Below are positions 1-13,864 of a DNA stretch of 64,000 nt, piece after piece. This DNA is from Octopus vulgaris. Taxonomy: Eukaryota. The stretch is taken from contig OX597838.1 in NCBI GenBank assembly GCA_951406725.2, positions 38,316,001-38,380,000 of the forward strand. The letters are read 5' to 3'. Made by a program: the position numbers and the translations under genes. Position 1 is the first letter of the stretch, and each line of letters opens with the position of its first letter. The notes beneath the pieces were generated by a model that was given only the letters and a program-made list of their open reading frames with translations, made no database searches and had not been told where the DNA came from.

Positions 1-490
1 CTACCATCATCACAACGACTAAACCCAACATCACACCTTCAAGCTTATCTCCACCACCACCACCACCACCCCAACCACCACCACCGCCACCACCACCACC
101 ACCACCACTACAACCACCACCACCACCAGCAGCAGCACCACCACTACAACCACGACCATCACTACCACCGCCACCACCACCCACCACCACCACTACCACC
201 ACCACCACTACTACCACCCCAACCACCACCACCATCACCACCACTACAACCACGACCATCACTACCACCACCACCACCACCACCACAACTACAATCACGA
301 CCATCACTACCACCATCACTACCATCACCAACACCACCACCACCACTACTACAACCACGACCATCACTACCACCACCACCACCACCACCACCATCACCAC
401 CACCACAACTACAATCACGACCATCACTACCACCATCACTAACATCACCAACACCACCACCACCACTACTACAACCACCACCACCGCGAC
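1..490. repeat. Degenerate (ACC)n tract with a 120-bp higher-order duplication
   Basis: CAC/ACC trinucleotides; CACCACAACTACAATCACGACCATCACTAC occurs at 281 and 401. Confidence 0.9.
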
Positions 491-636
491 AACCATCAAC
501 GCCACCGTCTTATTAGCCGTCAACAGTTGCCACCCCCAATTGTACATCGAACTCTCACAGAGACATGGCGACCCCGCCCCGCCGACACCAACACAACAAC
601 ATCAATACCATTGCGGCGATGGCTAACAATCGTGAT

Positions 637-1215
637 TCAATCGATAACATCATCGTCATCATCCTCACCATCATCATCATCATCATCATAATCGCCATCA
701 TTGTCATCATCGTCGTCGCCGTCGTCATCATCACCATCACCGCCATCGTCATCATCATTACCATCATCATCATCATAGCAATCATCGCTATCGTCATCAT
801 CATCATCAACATCACCATCAACATCACTGTCGTGGTCGTGGTCGTCGGCGTCGGCGTCGTCATCATCATCATCATCATCATAGCCATCATCATCATTAAC
901 ATCATCATCATCATCAACATCATCATCATCATCATCATCATCACCATCATCATCATTTGCGTTGTCGTCGTCGTCGTCATCATCATCATCATCATTACCA
1001 TCATTACCGTCATCATCGTAGTGAGAGGCGGCGGCCGTCGCCACCGTCATCGCCATCATCGTCATCATCACCATCACTGACACCATCATCGACATCGACT
1101 TCACCATCATCCCGTTCATTACTAGCAACATCGTCTTCGTCGACGCTGTGTCGATGGCATCGCCGTAATTATCATCATCATCATCATCATCATCATTGTC
1201 ATTGTCATCGCCGTC
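637..1215. repeat. Degenerate (CAT)n/(CGT)n microsatellite
   Basis: Direct reading; explains the poly-I, poly-M, poly-D and poly-H ORFs. Confidence 0.95.
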
Positions 1216-1569
1216 ATCAGCGTTTTACAGCAGTAACAACAACAACAACCACAACAGTATTAACATTGCCGTAAATATAATAATTAACAAAAAATAATTC
1301 TCACTAATCTGCTTTCTCTCCGAACATCTATAAAGCTATTTACGTTTTTTACAGCGGTACGAGTGTTTATATATATATATATATAGATATGTGTATATAT
1401 ATATATAAATTCATGCCTAAACATATGCAAAATATAGACATGTGTGTATACGTGTGTGTGTGTGTGTTGCGCGTGTGTATGCATGTATATAGTTTTATAT
1501 GTGTATGTATATATTTATATATATGTATATATATATATATAAATATATACTCTTAAAAGAGTAACAGAG

Positions 1570-1627
<58 letters not shown>

Positions 1628-1677
1628 TATTTAGAAATTTAATATTTCTGTGATATATATATGTACATATATATATA

Positions 1678-1741
<64 letters not shown>

Positions 1742-2165
1742 TTACATAAATGTATATTTATATATAAATACATATAAGTATATGTATGTATATATATATA
1801 TACATATATATATATATTTATATATGTGTGTGTATGTATGTATATTATATGCATATGCTCGTAAACGTTGATAGACATTAAAGTACCTATTGAGAATACA
1901 AAATAAACGATTATGAAGAAGTATAACTAGATAGATCACTGTGTGCATACATACGTACATACAGATAGACGGACAGACAGACAGACAGACAGACAAAGGG
2001 ACGGACGGACAGACAGACATATATACATATACACATACATGCATAGACGTATATGCAGCTATATTTCTATTCATGCATATTTATATAGTTATATATTACA
2101 TATATCTATTAATCTCTCTATCTAATTATCTTTCTATATATCAACATATATAAATAAATAAATAA

Positions 2166-2214
<49 letters not shown>

Positions 2215-2356
2215 GAGACACACACACAAACTTTATACGTTTTCATTTACTTATATATCTGTATATTTGTATATATATATATATATGTACACACACACAT
2301 ATATATATATACTTTTATATATGTATGTATATATATATACATACATACATATATAT

Positions 2357-2432
<76 letters not shown>

Positions 2433-2527
2433 GCATACACACAATCATATATATGTGCGTATGCATATACATACACTTATATACATGTTTTTATTTATTT
2501 ACATATATATATATATATATATTTATA

Positions 2528-2572
<45 letters not shown>

Positions 2573-2644
2573 AAATTCTAAAATAATTATGTATATTGTA
2601 TTAATATATACCTACATAATATATACATTGTAATTATGTAAGTG

Positions 2645-2680
<36 letters not shown>

Positions 2681-3044
2681 CATTATTACGCACTGTATAT
2701 TATATAGGTATTTATTTATACATATATATTATGTACATATACATACATATATGCGTACATACATACATACATGCATACATACATACATATTGTATAGAGT
2801 TATTCCTGCATGTGTGTGAGAGTGTGTGATACGATAATTAGAAAAATATCTTTCTAATGTATAAAAAGAACGTCTAATGTAAGACTAACAACATTAAAAG
2901 CTGAAAGATATACAAATAGATATATTCATTACATATGTGAATTGTTTGATGATGTAACGTAATAATATATTTTGACTCGCTCGATTCTGTCTGAGCGTCA
3001 CAGAGTCTTGGTGTTTGTGTGTCTGTGCGCGCCTCTCTATTTGA

Positions 3045-3099
<55 letters not shown>

Positions 3100-3102
3100 T
3101 AT

Positions 3103-3133
<31 letters not shown>

Positions 3134-3216
3134 TATATATATACGGTTGTTTATGTATGCGTATTTGTTATGTATGTGAATGTGTATGTTTGTGTCTGCG
3201 TGTATGTGTCTATATA

Positions 3217-3248
<32 letters not shown>

Positions 3249-3251
<3 letters not shown>

Positions 3252-3468
3252 TCTTTTACTGTTTTTACTTGTTTCAGTCATTTGACTGCGGCCATGCTGG
3301 AGCACCGCCTTTAATCGCGCAACTCGACCCCGGGACTTATTCTTTGCAAGCCCAGTACTTATTCTATCGGTCTCTTTTGCCGAACCGCTAAGTGACGGGG
3401 ACATAAACACACCAGCATCGGTTGTCAAGTAATGCTAGGGGGACAGACACAGACACAGACACACAAGC
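3249..3468 (-). mobile_element. SINE family A, 3' half
   Basis: Reverse complement of the 3' half of the full copies at 5541 and 63442. Confidence 0.9.
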
Positions 3469-3561
3469 ATTTCATTTCACGTTACTACAGTCCACGCATT
3501 TGTGAGTGAGTAACCCTGCAATGAACTGGCGTCCCATCCAGGGAGATCGTAGTTATCTCGA

Positions 3562-3882
3562 TGAAGGCGCGTGGCCTACTAGTTAAGGTATTCGACTCAC
3601 GATCGTAAGGTCGTCAGTTCGAATCGTGAGTTTGTGTTGCATTCTTGAGCAAGACATTTTATTTCACTTTTCTCCAGTTCATTTGGCTGAGAATCATTAT
3701 TAGTACCTGAAATTCAAATGGCCAACCTTGTCACATTCTGCGTCACACTGAATCTCCCTGGGAGCTACATTAAGGGTATGCGTCCCTAGAGCATTCAGTC
3801 AATTGCACGTTAACTTCACGGGCAAGCTGTTCCCTTGCTCGTGAATCAAGAGGAACCCCGATTATCGTAACAAACGAAGTAT
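3562..3882 (+). mobile_element. SINE family C (tRNA-derived head, CORE-like segment), older copy
   Basis: GAAGGCGCGTGGCC head with A/B-box-like motifs and TTGAGCAAGACA; colinear with the reverse complement of 3980-4307. Confidence 0.85.
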
Positions 3883-3979
3883 CAATAATATTCCCCCATG
3901 GAAACGGGGTAACTAACCATATGACTCACAGAGCTGGAGATATTAGGGTCCAGAATTTTATCTTTATTTCAGAGCACCT

Positions 3980-4307
3980 TTAGGAGCACTCCGTCGGTTA
4001 CGACGACGAGGGTCCCAGCTGATACGATCAACGGAACAACCTGCTCGTGAAATTAACGTGCAAGTGGCTGAGCACTCCACAGGCACGTGTACCCTTAACG
4101 TAGTTCTCGGGGACATTCAGCGTGACACACAGTGTGACAAGGCCGGCCCTTTGAAATACAGGCACAACTCATTTTTGCCAGCTGAGTGGACTGGAGCAAC
4201 ATAAAATAAAGTGTCTTGCTCAAGGACACAACGCGTCGCTTGGAATCGAACTCACGACCTTACAATCGTGAGCCGAATGCCCTAACCACTAAGCCACGCG
4301 CCTTCAC
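3980..4307 (-). mobile_element. SINE family C, full length with 11-bp target-site duplication (TSD)
   Basis: tRNA-like head GGCGCGTGGCTTAGTGG...GTTCGATTCC on the minus strand; TSD TCAGAGCACCT at 3969-3979 and 4308-4318. Confidence 0.9.
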
Positions 4308-4576
4308 TCAGAGCACCTAACTACTTACAGATACCAAGATTTCGAATATTTCGTGCGTGTGCACTAAAGTTACGACAGGCTAATTAAACACAAAATTTAC
4401 TCTATTTGCATATAATTACCCTACTTATTAATGTTTTGTCAGAAACACCGAGCGACCTCTGGCGTCGGGAGAACCCCGGTTGATGGGAAACGCTGCTCTT
4501 AGCTATAGAGTTTGGAATCTTCATTTTTTAAAAAAGTCACCTCGGGACTATTTTCTATGACAAACTATATATATAA

Positions 4577-4646
<70 letters not shown>

Positions 4647-4663
4647 CAGAGAGAGCGAGAGAG

Positions 4664-4703
<40 letters not shown>

Positions 4704-4991
4704 AGAAATATTGAATTTCTAAATCTCTCGTAGAGACATGTACGGTGGTGGGGCGATAGAAATGTTGTATACTGTCAATCTAACAAGAACGTGACAGTAG
4801 GGGTACACCACCGCTGTATAGCCCTAGGAAGCATCGAACGCCTCCTGATGGCTTTGACACATTTTTCCCTGTATATAAGGACACAGGGAAAATGTGTCAA
4901 AGCCATCAGGAGGCGTTCGATGCTTCCTAGGGCTGTACAGCGGTGGTGTACCCCCTACTGTCACGTTCTTGTTAGATTGACAGTATACAAC

Positions 4992-4999
<8 letters not shown>
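4704..4999. mobile_element. Fold-back insertion in (TA)n; distant relative of the 362-bp HHR repeat family
   Basis: Arms 4756-4872 and 4883-4999 are near-perfect reverse complements with a 10-nt loop; shares the GACACA/TGTGTC hairpin and the ...ATATTTCT end with 14895-15210. Confidence 0.75.
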
Positions 5000-5082
<83 letters not shown>

Positions 5083-5540
5083 TTGGGTTCTGATGATCCG
5101 ACGGCTAACGAATGAAACTGCTGCCTCAAAGTACTTGAGATATTGTTTTAAAATGTCATAGTTATATTTCTTATTGCTTCTCGCGTGCAGGAAATACAAA
5201 CATTAATATCAAGGGTAATGCTAATAGTTCATAAGCAACCTTTTTCTCCTCTCGGCCATCAACAACTTAGAACAGACACGCCCAAACGCACAGGCATGCA
5301 CGCGCGTGCGCACTCGTTTTTGCATGCTCTGGTGTACTTGATTTCCACGTATAGAAATTTCTCAAACACACACTAAAGTCATGCGCAGGAACTGAATCTA
5401 GCGAAGACACACGATTCCCTCTCCGGCACACAGCAATGCAGTCGACCACAACAATATACAGGGAAGCATCACAAGGGATCCATAAACGCTTCGATATCAC
5501 TGGTGATTTCGAATGTGTGTGTATGTTTGTATATACAGGA

Positions 5541-5975
5541 GGCGCAGGAGTGGCTGTGTGGTAAGTAGCTTGCTAACCAACCACATGGTTCCGGGTTCAG
5601 TCCCACTGCGTGGCATCTTGGGCAAGTGTCTTCTGCTATAGCCCCGGCCCGACCAAAGCCTTATGAGTGGATTTGGTAGACGGAAACTGAAAGAAGCCTG
5701 TCGTATATATGTATATATATATATAAGTGTGTGTGTATGTGTGTGTGTGTTTGTGTGGCTGTGTTTGTGTGGCTGTGTTTGTCCCCCTAGCATTGCTTGA
5801 CAACAGATGCTGGTGTGTTTACGTCCTTGTCACTTAGCGGTTCGGCAAAAGAGACCGATGGAATAAGTACTGGGCTTACAAAGAATAAGTCCCGGGGTCG
5901 ATTTGCTCGACTAAAGGTGGTGCTCCAGCATGGCCGCAGTCAAATGACTGAAACAAGGAAAAGAGTAAAAAGAGT
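5541..5975 (+). mobile_element. SINE family A, full length (tRNA head, CORE-like TTGGGCAAGTG, internal TA/TG microsatellite, AAAGAGTA tail)
   Basis: Near-identical copies at 29585, 35496, 39631, 51479 and 63442. Confidence 0.92.
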
Positions 5976-5991
5976 ATATATTTATATAAAT

Positions 5992-6022
<31 letters not shown>

Positions 6023-6023
6023 T

Positions 6024-6055
<32 letters not shown>

Positions 6056-6091
6056 GTATTCGTGTGTATATGTGTGTCTGAGTGTGCACGA

Positions 6092-6195
6092 AGGAGTGGC
6101 TCTTTGGTAAGTAGTTTGCTTACCAACCACATGGTCCCCGGGTTCAGTCCCACTGCGTGGCACCTTGGACAAGTGTCTTCTATTACACCCTTGGG
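6092..6195 (+). mobile_element. SINE family A head fragment
   Basis: Matches the first about 100 bp of the 5541 copy. Confidence 0.8.
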
Positions 6196-6711
6196 TATAA
6201 TTCCTCATTCTTGCGAAAGTTGCGATATGAAACAAACAGAAATTTAAATCTGACCCCATTGTGCCTGCAAGAAATTGTGGAAAAACAAATAATTTATCGT
6301 GAGTACAGTGTAAATTTCTCCTGTGATTTTATTAAATATATACGCACGTATGCATGCATCCTGTAATTTTATTAAATTCATTGAGCTGTCAGAATTTACA
6401 CAAACACCGTCGACTTTTCACTCGTATATCCGTTTAAATCTCTCTGTTTAAGTCCAACGGCCACAGATACAACATTATACATAGAAAGCTATCACAAAAC
6501 TTCGCAAAACTCAAGCACCCTTCACTTTCGAAATCATCTTTTCTCCATCACATAGAGGAAAAGAAATACCACCTAGATTATTGACTAGCAAATCAAGCGA
6601 AGGAAAAGACGCATAACACACAGAATAAAACCACTTTACAGCAATTACTATCACCATGTCTTTCCACTTGTATATTTCTGTTTAAAACTAACGGTCACAT
6701 TTATAAGATTA

Positions 6712-7453
6712 CTAGCAGCATAGCCCGGCGTTGCCAGGGTATGTAAGAAACTTTGTCGATAAGCAATGCCCTTTACCTTTTTACCCTATTTTGTACTCAT
6801 TGAACCGTTATTTTGTAAAATGAAGCCTAAAAGGCATTAAGGCATTCAAGGCACGAATTCATGCATGCATGCATGAAGAAAATCTATGACATTCAAAGTG
6901 CATTTTCTGGTTTTGTTTAGCACACTCAACCCAGTTCTGCGGTTTTTTCCAGTAATAACGTATCCTATTGGAATCAAAAGGGCCATATAGCTCCTTGGAG
7001 CAGACATGATGCTCGCTGTGAATTTAAAAAAAAATTACTGCCATATTGTCGAAAATATGTCAACTTGAATTTGAACGCGATTTCCCAAAATGGCATGATT
7101 TTATCGATTTTTTCTGATGGTAAGGTATTGCATGGAAAACTAACGACAGAATTAAGTTCCTTCGGGTAATATTAAGCTTCACCATGAGTTTGGTGAAAAT
7201 CGATTGCAAGTTGCGAAAACTACAACGGAAAATGTGTTGCATATAAAAAGCTTAGATTCTCGACCCCATGTCGAATTTATCGATTTTTTTCAGAACTGGA
7301 GAAACTTTCCAAAATTGTCGCTGCGTTAGTTTTGAATTATGACATTGAGCTATGTGTGTGTCAAGTTTCATCAGAATCGGTTGAAAGCCGTGGTCAGGGT
7401 GAGGGTACTACCTGACAGACACACAGACAACTTGACTTTTATATATATAGAGA
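6712..7453 (-). mobile_element. Non-autonomous Helitron
   Basis: On the minus strand: 5' TC, 3' hairpin CCCTGGCAACGCCGGG then CTAG, inserted between A and T with no TSD; paralogous empty site near 6477. Confidence 0.88.
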
Positions 7454-7965
7454 TACATTTTAAATTATCACACTATTTCGCAAAACTCAGACACCCTTCA
7501 CTTTCAATATTAATTTTTCTCCGTCTTTTAGTAGTGGCGTGGGGCAGAGAAAATCCACCTAAATCATTGACTAGTAAAACGAGTCAGCAACTACTATCAC
7601 CCTGAGCAAAATAGCCCGAAAGAGACTTCACTGGACACAGAATGAAGTTACTGTTCTACTCAACAGCCGGCTTGACCTTTCGCAAAAAGCCAACACACAA
7701 ATGTCATGCGTCAGTAACGTTGCTTCTAAAATCGTCCCGCTTTTTGACAATCGAACAACTAAACAAGTGGAATCTAAACTAAAGCATTTTTCGAAATCCT
7801 ACCATCTCGTTAAAGAGCATCGTACAATACTCCATTCAATATTCGCCGATTCTGCTAAACGAAAATAATCGACCGCTAACTGTGATCTGTTAACTTTCCG
7901 ACCTAGTAATGCCCACACGCCAAAATCTGCTCACTCCATGATTACCGTGACAACCAATTCCTCAT

Positions 7966-8201
7966 ACCTATTTCTTTAGTACCCACAGGGGGCTAAACAC
8001 AGAGAGGACAAACAAGGACAAAGAAACGGATTAAATCGATTATATCGACCCCAATGCGTAACTGGTACTTATTTAATCGACCCCGAAAGGATGAAAGGCA
8101 AAGTCGACCTCGGCGGAATTTGAACTCAGAACGTAGCGGTAGACGAAATACCGCTGAGCATTTCGCCCGGCGTGCTAACAATTCTGCCAGCTCGCCGCCT
8201 T
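7966..8201 (-). mobile_element. SINE family B (tRNA head plus Nin/Deu-like GCCTTTCATCCTTTCGGGGTCGAT domain)
   Basis: Reverse complement of the copies at 48523 and 62131; flanking duplication ACCAATTCCTCAT at 7953 and 8211. Confidence 0.9.
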
Positions 8202-8684
8202 AAACCTATCACCAATTCCTCATTCCTATCACCAACAATACCACTGCCATCACCATCATCATCATCACAAGCAACATCGCTGCCATCGCCATCGTCACCA
8301 CCAGTAGCACCACCACCATTATTATCGATGCTAGTGCCGTCACCATCAGCTGCTGCTACTGTCTCCACCCCCACAACCCTTAACCGTCCTTCACCGTTAC
8401 AACCCAGCAAAAGGATGACTAACATCTCAGTCCAACCAAATTCACAAGGAACAACCCTTACCACATCATTCCAAGAATCATTCACCTCTAAATCTTCCAT
8501 AATCAAACAATTGCCACATATCCCACCCTCACAAACAACACGGAACCAAAAAATCTGCCGTTATTCCCTGCGTGAGAGGATGTGTTTGCGGCCGCATCCA
8601 GAGTGCAACAACAACTGCAGGGAATCGAGAAACCAAACTTCTTTTTTAGCCGTGTTGAATCTGGCGAAAGAAATCTGAAGACCT

Positions 8685-8793
8685 GAAAAGCAAAGTCGAT
8701 CTCAGCGGAATTTGAACTCAGAACGTAAACACGGACGAAATGCTCTGAAGCAATTTTCTCGGCGTGCTAACGATTCTACGAGCTTGCCGCCTT
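8685..8793 (-). mobile_element. SINE family B, diverged 5' part
   Basis: Similar to 8095-8201. Confidence 0.75.
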
Positions 8794-9233
8794 ATAGGCA
8801 TAAGACGTTTTACATATTGCATTCATTAGAGAGCAATTGTGGCGTAAATTCCTATAAATGTAACAAGAGTTCTGTTTTTTACTTGACTAATATGAATGTT
8901 TTGCCTTAAAACTGTTCATTTTGCAATACATATTTATTGAAAATAATGGGAAGGATTGTAGACACAATAATTTACGTACACATGTCTGCAAACGGCATCT
9001 ATAATGTGTAGATGTCTTTATGTGTTTGTGTATACATGTGTGAGTGTGTTTGTGTGTGTGTATGTATATATATATGCATATATGATATATATGTATATAT
9101 ATATATATATATATACTCATATAAATATAGGTATATATATATATATACATATATATATATGTATATATTTGCATGGTCACACACATATATATGTACATAA
9201 AGGTATAGAGGGATTTATATATATGTAGATATG

Positions 9234-9264
<31 letters not shown>

Positions 9265-9274
9265 ATACATATAT

Positions 9275-9305
<31 letters not shown>

Positions 9306-9375
9306 AATCCCTCTAATTTTATGTACATGTATATGTGTGTGACCATGCAAATATATACCTATATATATATATACA

Positions 9376-9410
<35 letters not shown>

Positions 9411-9580
9411 GAAGGTATACATATATATGTGTGTGTGTGCATGTATGTGTGTTTGTATGTGCATATATACATACATATAATTATCTGAGCGTCTTCTTAC
9501 GTGGGGGCAGTTGCCTTACGTGGCATATATGTATGCGCATATGTATGTCTAGCTATTGCGATAAACAGACAAACAGTAAA

Positions 9581-9637
<57 letters not shown>

Positions 9638-9951
9638 GAAAGAGCGGGAGAGAGAGAGGTAGTTAAATGTAAATACAGACGCACGAAAATGTATCTGTAC
9701 AAGCATAGATGCAAATACAAATACATACATGTTGTGTTTATAGCGTGTCATATCAAATTAGTCATTAAAAAAGCTAAGCTACTCTCTACATCACATAAGG
9801 ATATATGCCTTAAGCAATTCATGATTAGAAAAGAAGTGCATAATTTGTCAGAGACATGCCCCGAGGGAAGGCAACGTGTTGTACAACATCAGTTCATAGA
9901 TAACTGGAGTAGATAACAGATTTTAATCTCTCTAAGTATGTATTTTCGCAT

Positions 9952-9986
<35 letters not shown>

Positions 9987-10395
9987 TCTATGTACGTGTC
10001 TATATACAAACACGTGTGTCTGTGTGTGTGTATGTGTGTGTATTAATGCATGTGCGCATGCTTCTGCTACACTAATGCTCTATACACTAGTGGATTTTCT
10101 ACTAAGAGCAACTCGTCTAATCCTCATCCGCCCCCCCCCTGAAAAACTATGAAGAAGTGTAGAAATACGTTTCAGTCCACTCAACACTTTTCACGTTATG
10201 TTAAATCTAATATATAGAAAAAAGTTGTTCAGTGTTTATAGATAAACACTTCCCCACCTACCATCAATACAAGATATTTTTTAAGAGACAATTTTAAATT
10301 AGTACATATTTGCACAACTAAGCTTAAGAGCATCTTGAATTATCTAATTATCTACGCCCATATGATCGTATAAATATATATATATACATACATAT

Positions 10396-10430
<35 letters not shown>

Positions 10431-10458
10431 ACATATATATATATATGATTGTATCTTA

Positions 10459-10500
<42 letters not shown>

Positions 10501-10595
10501 CTTGTATATTGTATATATATAAAAATAAATAAAATAAAACATATGCATATATACATGCATATATATATATGTATATATATATACATATATAGATA

Positions 10596-10633
<38 letters not shown>

Positions 10634-10710
10634 CAGAAGCACACACATATACAGATATGTTTGTGTGTTTGTGCGCGCGTGTCTAATTATCTACGTCCAT
10701 ATGCCCATAG

Positions 10711-10757
<47 letters not shown>

Positions 10758-10867
10758 TTGATATATACATATTTACATATATATACGTGTATATGTATAT
10801 GTGTGTATAAATATATATATATATGCATATATATATATATATATACATATATGTATATGTATATATT

Positions 10868-10919
<52 letters not shown>

Positions 10920-10954
10920 TGTATATATATATATACATATATATATATGTACAA

Positions 10955-11054
<100 letters not shown>

Positions 11055-11354
11055 GTTTTGTCTATAGTGATGACATGATTGTGTCTGCATATTAGCTCAT
11101 TCCCTCCATTGAATCGACATTTCTTAAACAGGTGTACGGTGTACTGCTCGTCATGTGTGAGAGTAATCGAGGAGCCACGGGAAGTGTTTTGTTCAAGAAC
11201 TCAGCAGACCGGACGTTACAATCCATCCAAACCACGCCCTTGCGATCCTGAGTGCAAAACCTTAATCAATAGGCCACACGCTTTCACTATCTTCATATAC
11301 ATACCTAAATGCCTATACAAATATGTGTATATATATAAACATGTTTGTGTATGT

Positions 11355-11389
<35 letters not shown>

Positions 11390-11931
11390 TACGTATATAT
11401 GTATTTATGCATGTATGTTTAAATATGTATACATATATGTTTGTATACAAACCAGAAAGGATGCGCAAGGAGCCGTGTTAGCGTTGATTTGTGGGTTCGA
11501 TTTTAGCTAGGGCCAGCTCATTATTTTTCGGCCATTTGTTTATATTTAAAAACTGTTGCTTCAAATTGGAGAATATATATTATTATGCCATATTATTATA
11601 GTTATATTCCCCTCCTTGTTACCCTCATCACACCACGTGACCCGTGACGACCTAAGGTAGTGTCATTCTTTTTCGCGTTGCCTTGGACCAGACGGATCAC
11701 GATTCCCTTCCTTCTCGCTATACCCTTCCCGTGTCTATAGTCCTTTAGGATTCTTCCTATTTCTCTTTCCCATTGGTTGACTTTCGTCTGTCTTGCAGCC
11801 CTCAGACATTTTTTTATATGTATTATTATTTTTCTGTTATTATTAATCGTTATCTTCGTCTGGTTCTAAGCCTTTATTCTGTTTTGTCCCTCATCCGTCC
11901 ACCTATCTATATATACGTATGTATATCCATG

Positions 11932-12044
<113 letters not shown>

Positions 12045-12050
12045 TGATAG

Positions 12051-12160
<110 letters not shown>

Positions 12161-12189
12161 GAATGTATGTATATCCATGTGTGTGTATG

Positions 12190-12405
12190 TGTGTTTGTGT
12201 TTGCCCAAACCCATCACCGATTTAGAACTGGTGCTGGTGTGTTTACGTTCCTGTAACTTAGCGGTTTGGCCAAAGACAAATGAAATAATTACTCGGCTTA
12301 GGGAATAAGCCTTTGTGTTGATTTGCTCGACTAAATCCCTTCAAGGTGCTGCTCCAGCATGGCCACAGTCAAACGACTGAATCAAGTAAAAGAAGAAAAG
12401 AATAA
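12190..12405 (+). mobile_element. SINE family A, diverged 3' half
   Basis: GCTGGTGTGTTTACG...GCTCCAGCATGGCCACAGTC...CAAGTAAAAG. Confidence 0.8.
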
Positions 12406-12464
12406 GTATATACTCCAATATTCAGTTATTTCAAGATTTCTTGCCAATAAGAGAAAGAACCGGT

Positions 12465-13864
12465 TTCTTGGCAAAATAAATTTAAGACCGATGATAAAAG
12501 TTCTTTTTCTTACAAAATATTTTGCTACTAACACCATACAAATTATTTTTATCTTTTACACCTTGTGAAGAATTTATTTCTCTTTCGAATAATGCAGACA
12601 ATATCTATTTTCATACAACTTGAAGAATTCTAATGCTAAATTAATAAACGCTTCAAATTTACAGGCAAAATTAGTTTAAGGCCATGTAATATGTATGCAA
12701 AGTTTTTGCCAAAATGAGCAGTCACACAACTAGCCTAACTGCATTATATAGTGTTATAATTTAACGTTATTATACAATTGATTAATAATGGGAAAACAAC
12801 GTAGCCTCAGTACAGTCACAAAAGCAAAAATCATATTACTCCACCAGCAAAAAGTTTCCTTTTCGAACATCGGCAAGCAACTAAAGTGCAGTAAAACGGC
12901 TTGCGTGCAAGCGTGGAAGTTATACTCGGAGACTGGTCAATATAAAGATTGGCGCCCCCAGAAAAATGACGGCGCAGTTGGACCGTCGAATCCATCGACT
13001 TTCGGAAGGCAACAGAATGTTGGCAGTCGTTGACATTTGTAAACAATTGTCCAACGAGAATGGTGTTATTTTTACACCACAAACCGTCCGCTACCGTTTG
13101 AGAGAATTTGGATTACGTTGACGAATCGCTAGGAAAAAGCCAATAATATCCGAAAGAAATCGACTCAAACGCCTTAATTTCGCAGAAAGCCATGCTCAAT
13201 GGACTGCTGAAGATTGGTGCAGGATCCTTTGGAGTGACGAGTCACGCTTCTGTGTATTTGGATCAGATGGTAAAATATACGTCAGACGTCGCCCAACTGA
13301 GGGATTCCATCCGAAATGCGTGAAAAAGACGACGCAAGCATGGGCGGGAGTGTGATGGTGTAGCTTTGGTGTTGGCCCTCTAGTTAAAATTGATAGAAAG
13401 CTAAATAGTGTAGGTTATAGGAATCTACTAAAAGATAATGTGCCATATTTGACTCACCAAATGCCTCCGGGGGCTATATATCAGCAGGACAAAAGTCCTG
13501 TTCACAAAGCCAAAAAAATTATAGAATTTTTTGATCACCATAATATCGACGTAATCGAATGGCCTCCCCAGAGCCCGGACCTGAATTCGATCGAGAACTT
13601 GTGGAATTATGTTTCCAAAAATGTCCATGCTAAAAAACTATCTAATGTAAAACAATTATTCGATTATATCAATGAAATATGGCAAAACATTCCTATAGAA
13701 TTTTGTAATCACTTAGCGAATTCAATGCCGAGGCTTGTTCGGCCGATATGTAGAATAAAGGCTATGGCACAAAGTACTAATATGTATTTCGTTTTTGCTA
13801 CAATCTTAGGCTTTAAATAAAATTATAATGATACGGTCTTAAACTAATTTTGCCGGTAAATTTC
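12465..13864 (+). mobile_element. Tc1-family DNA transposon, decayed
   Basis: Inverted repeats AAATTTACAGGCAAAATTAGTTTAAGGCC (about 12655) and GGTCTTAAACTAATTTTGCCGGTAAATTT (about 13835); extra direct copy at about 12470; encloses a transposase pseudogene. Confidence 0.88.
12788..13780 (+). pseudogene. Tc1 DD34E transposase pseudogene with frameshifts and stops
   Basis: N-terminal HTH (MGKQRSLS...), WSDES near 13231, QQD followed by 34 residues then E in SPDLNSIENLW. Confidence 0.92.

Noticed and set aside
4470-4495. hAT-like terminus (GGGAAACGCTG; also CAGCGTTTCCC near 56958)
   Set aside because: No nearby partner end or 8-bp TSD found
4756-4999. Pre-miRNA
   Set aside because: The arms are too long and too perfect and derive from a repeat family
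8126-8678. Ser/Pro/Thr-rich ORF
   Set aside because: It starts inside a SINE and runs through a degenerate ACC/CAT tract
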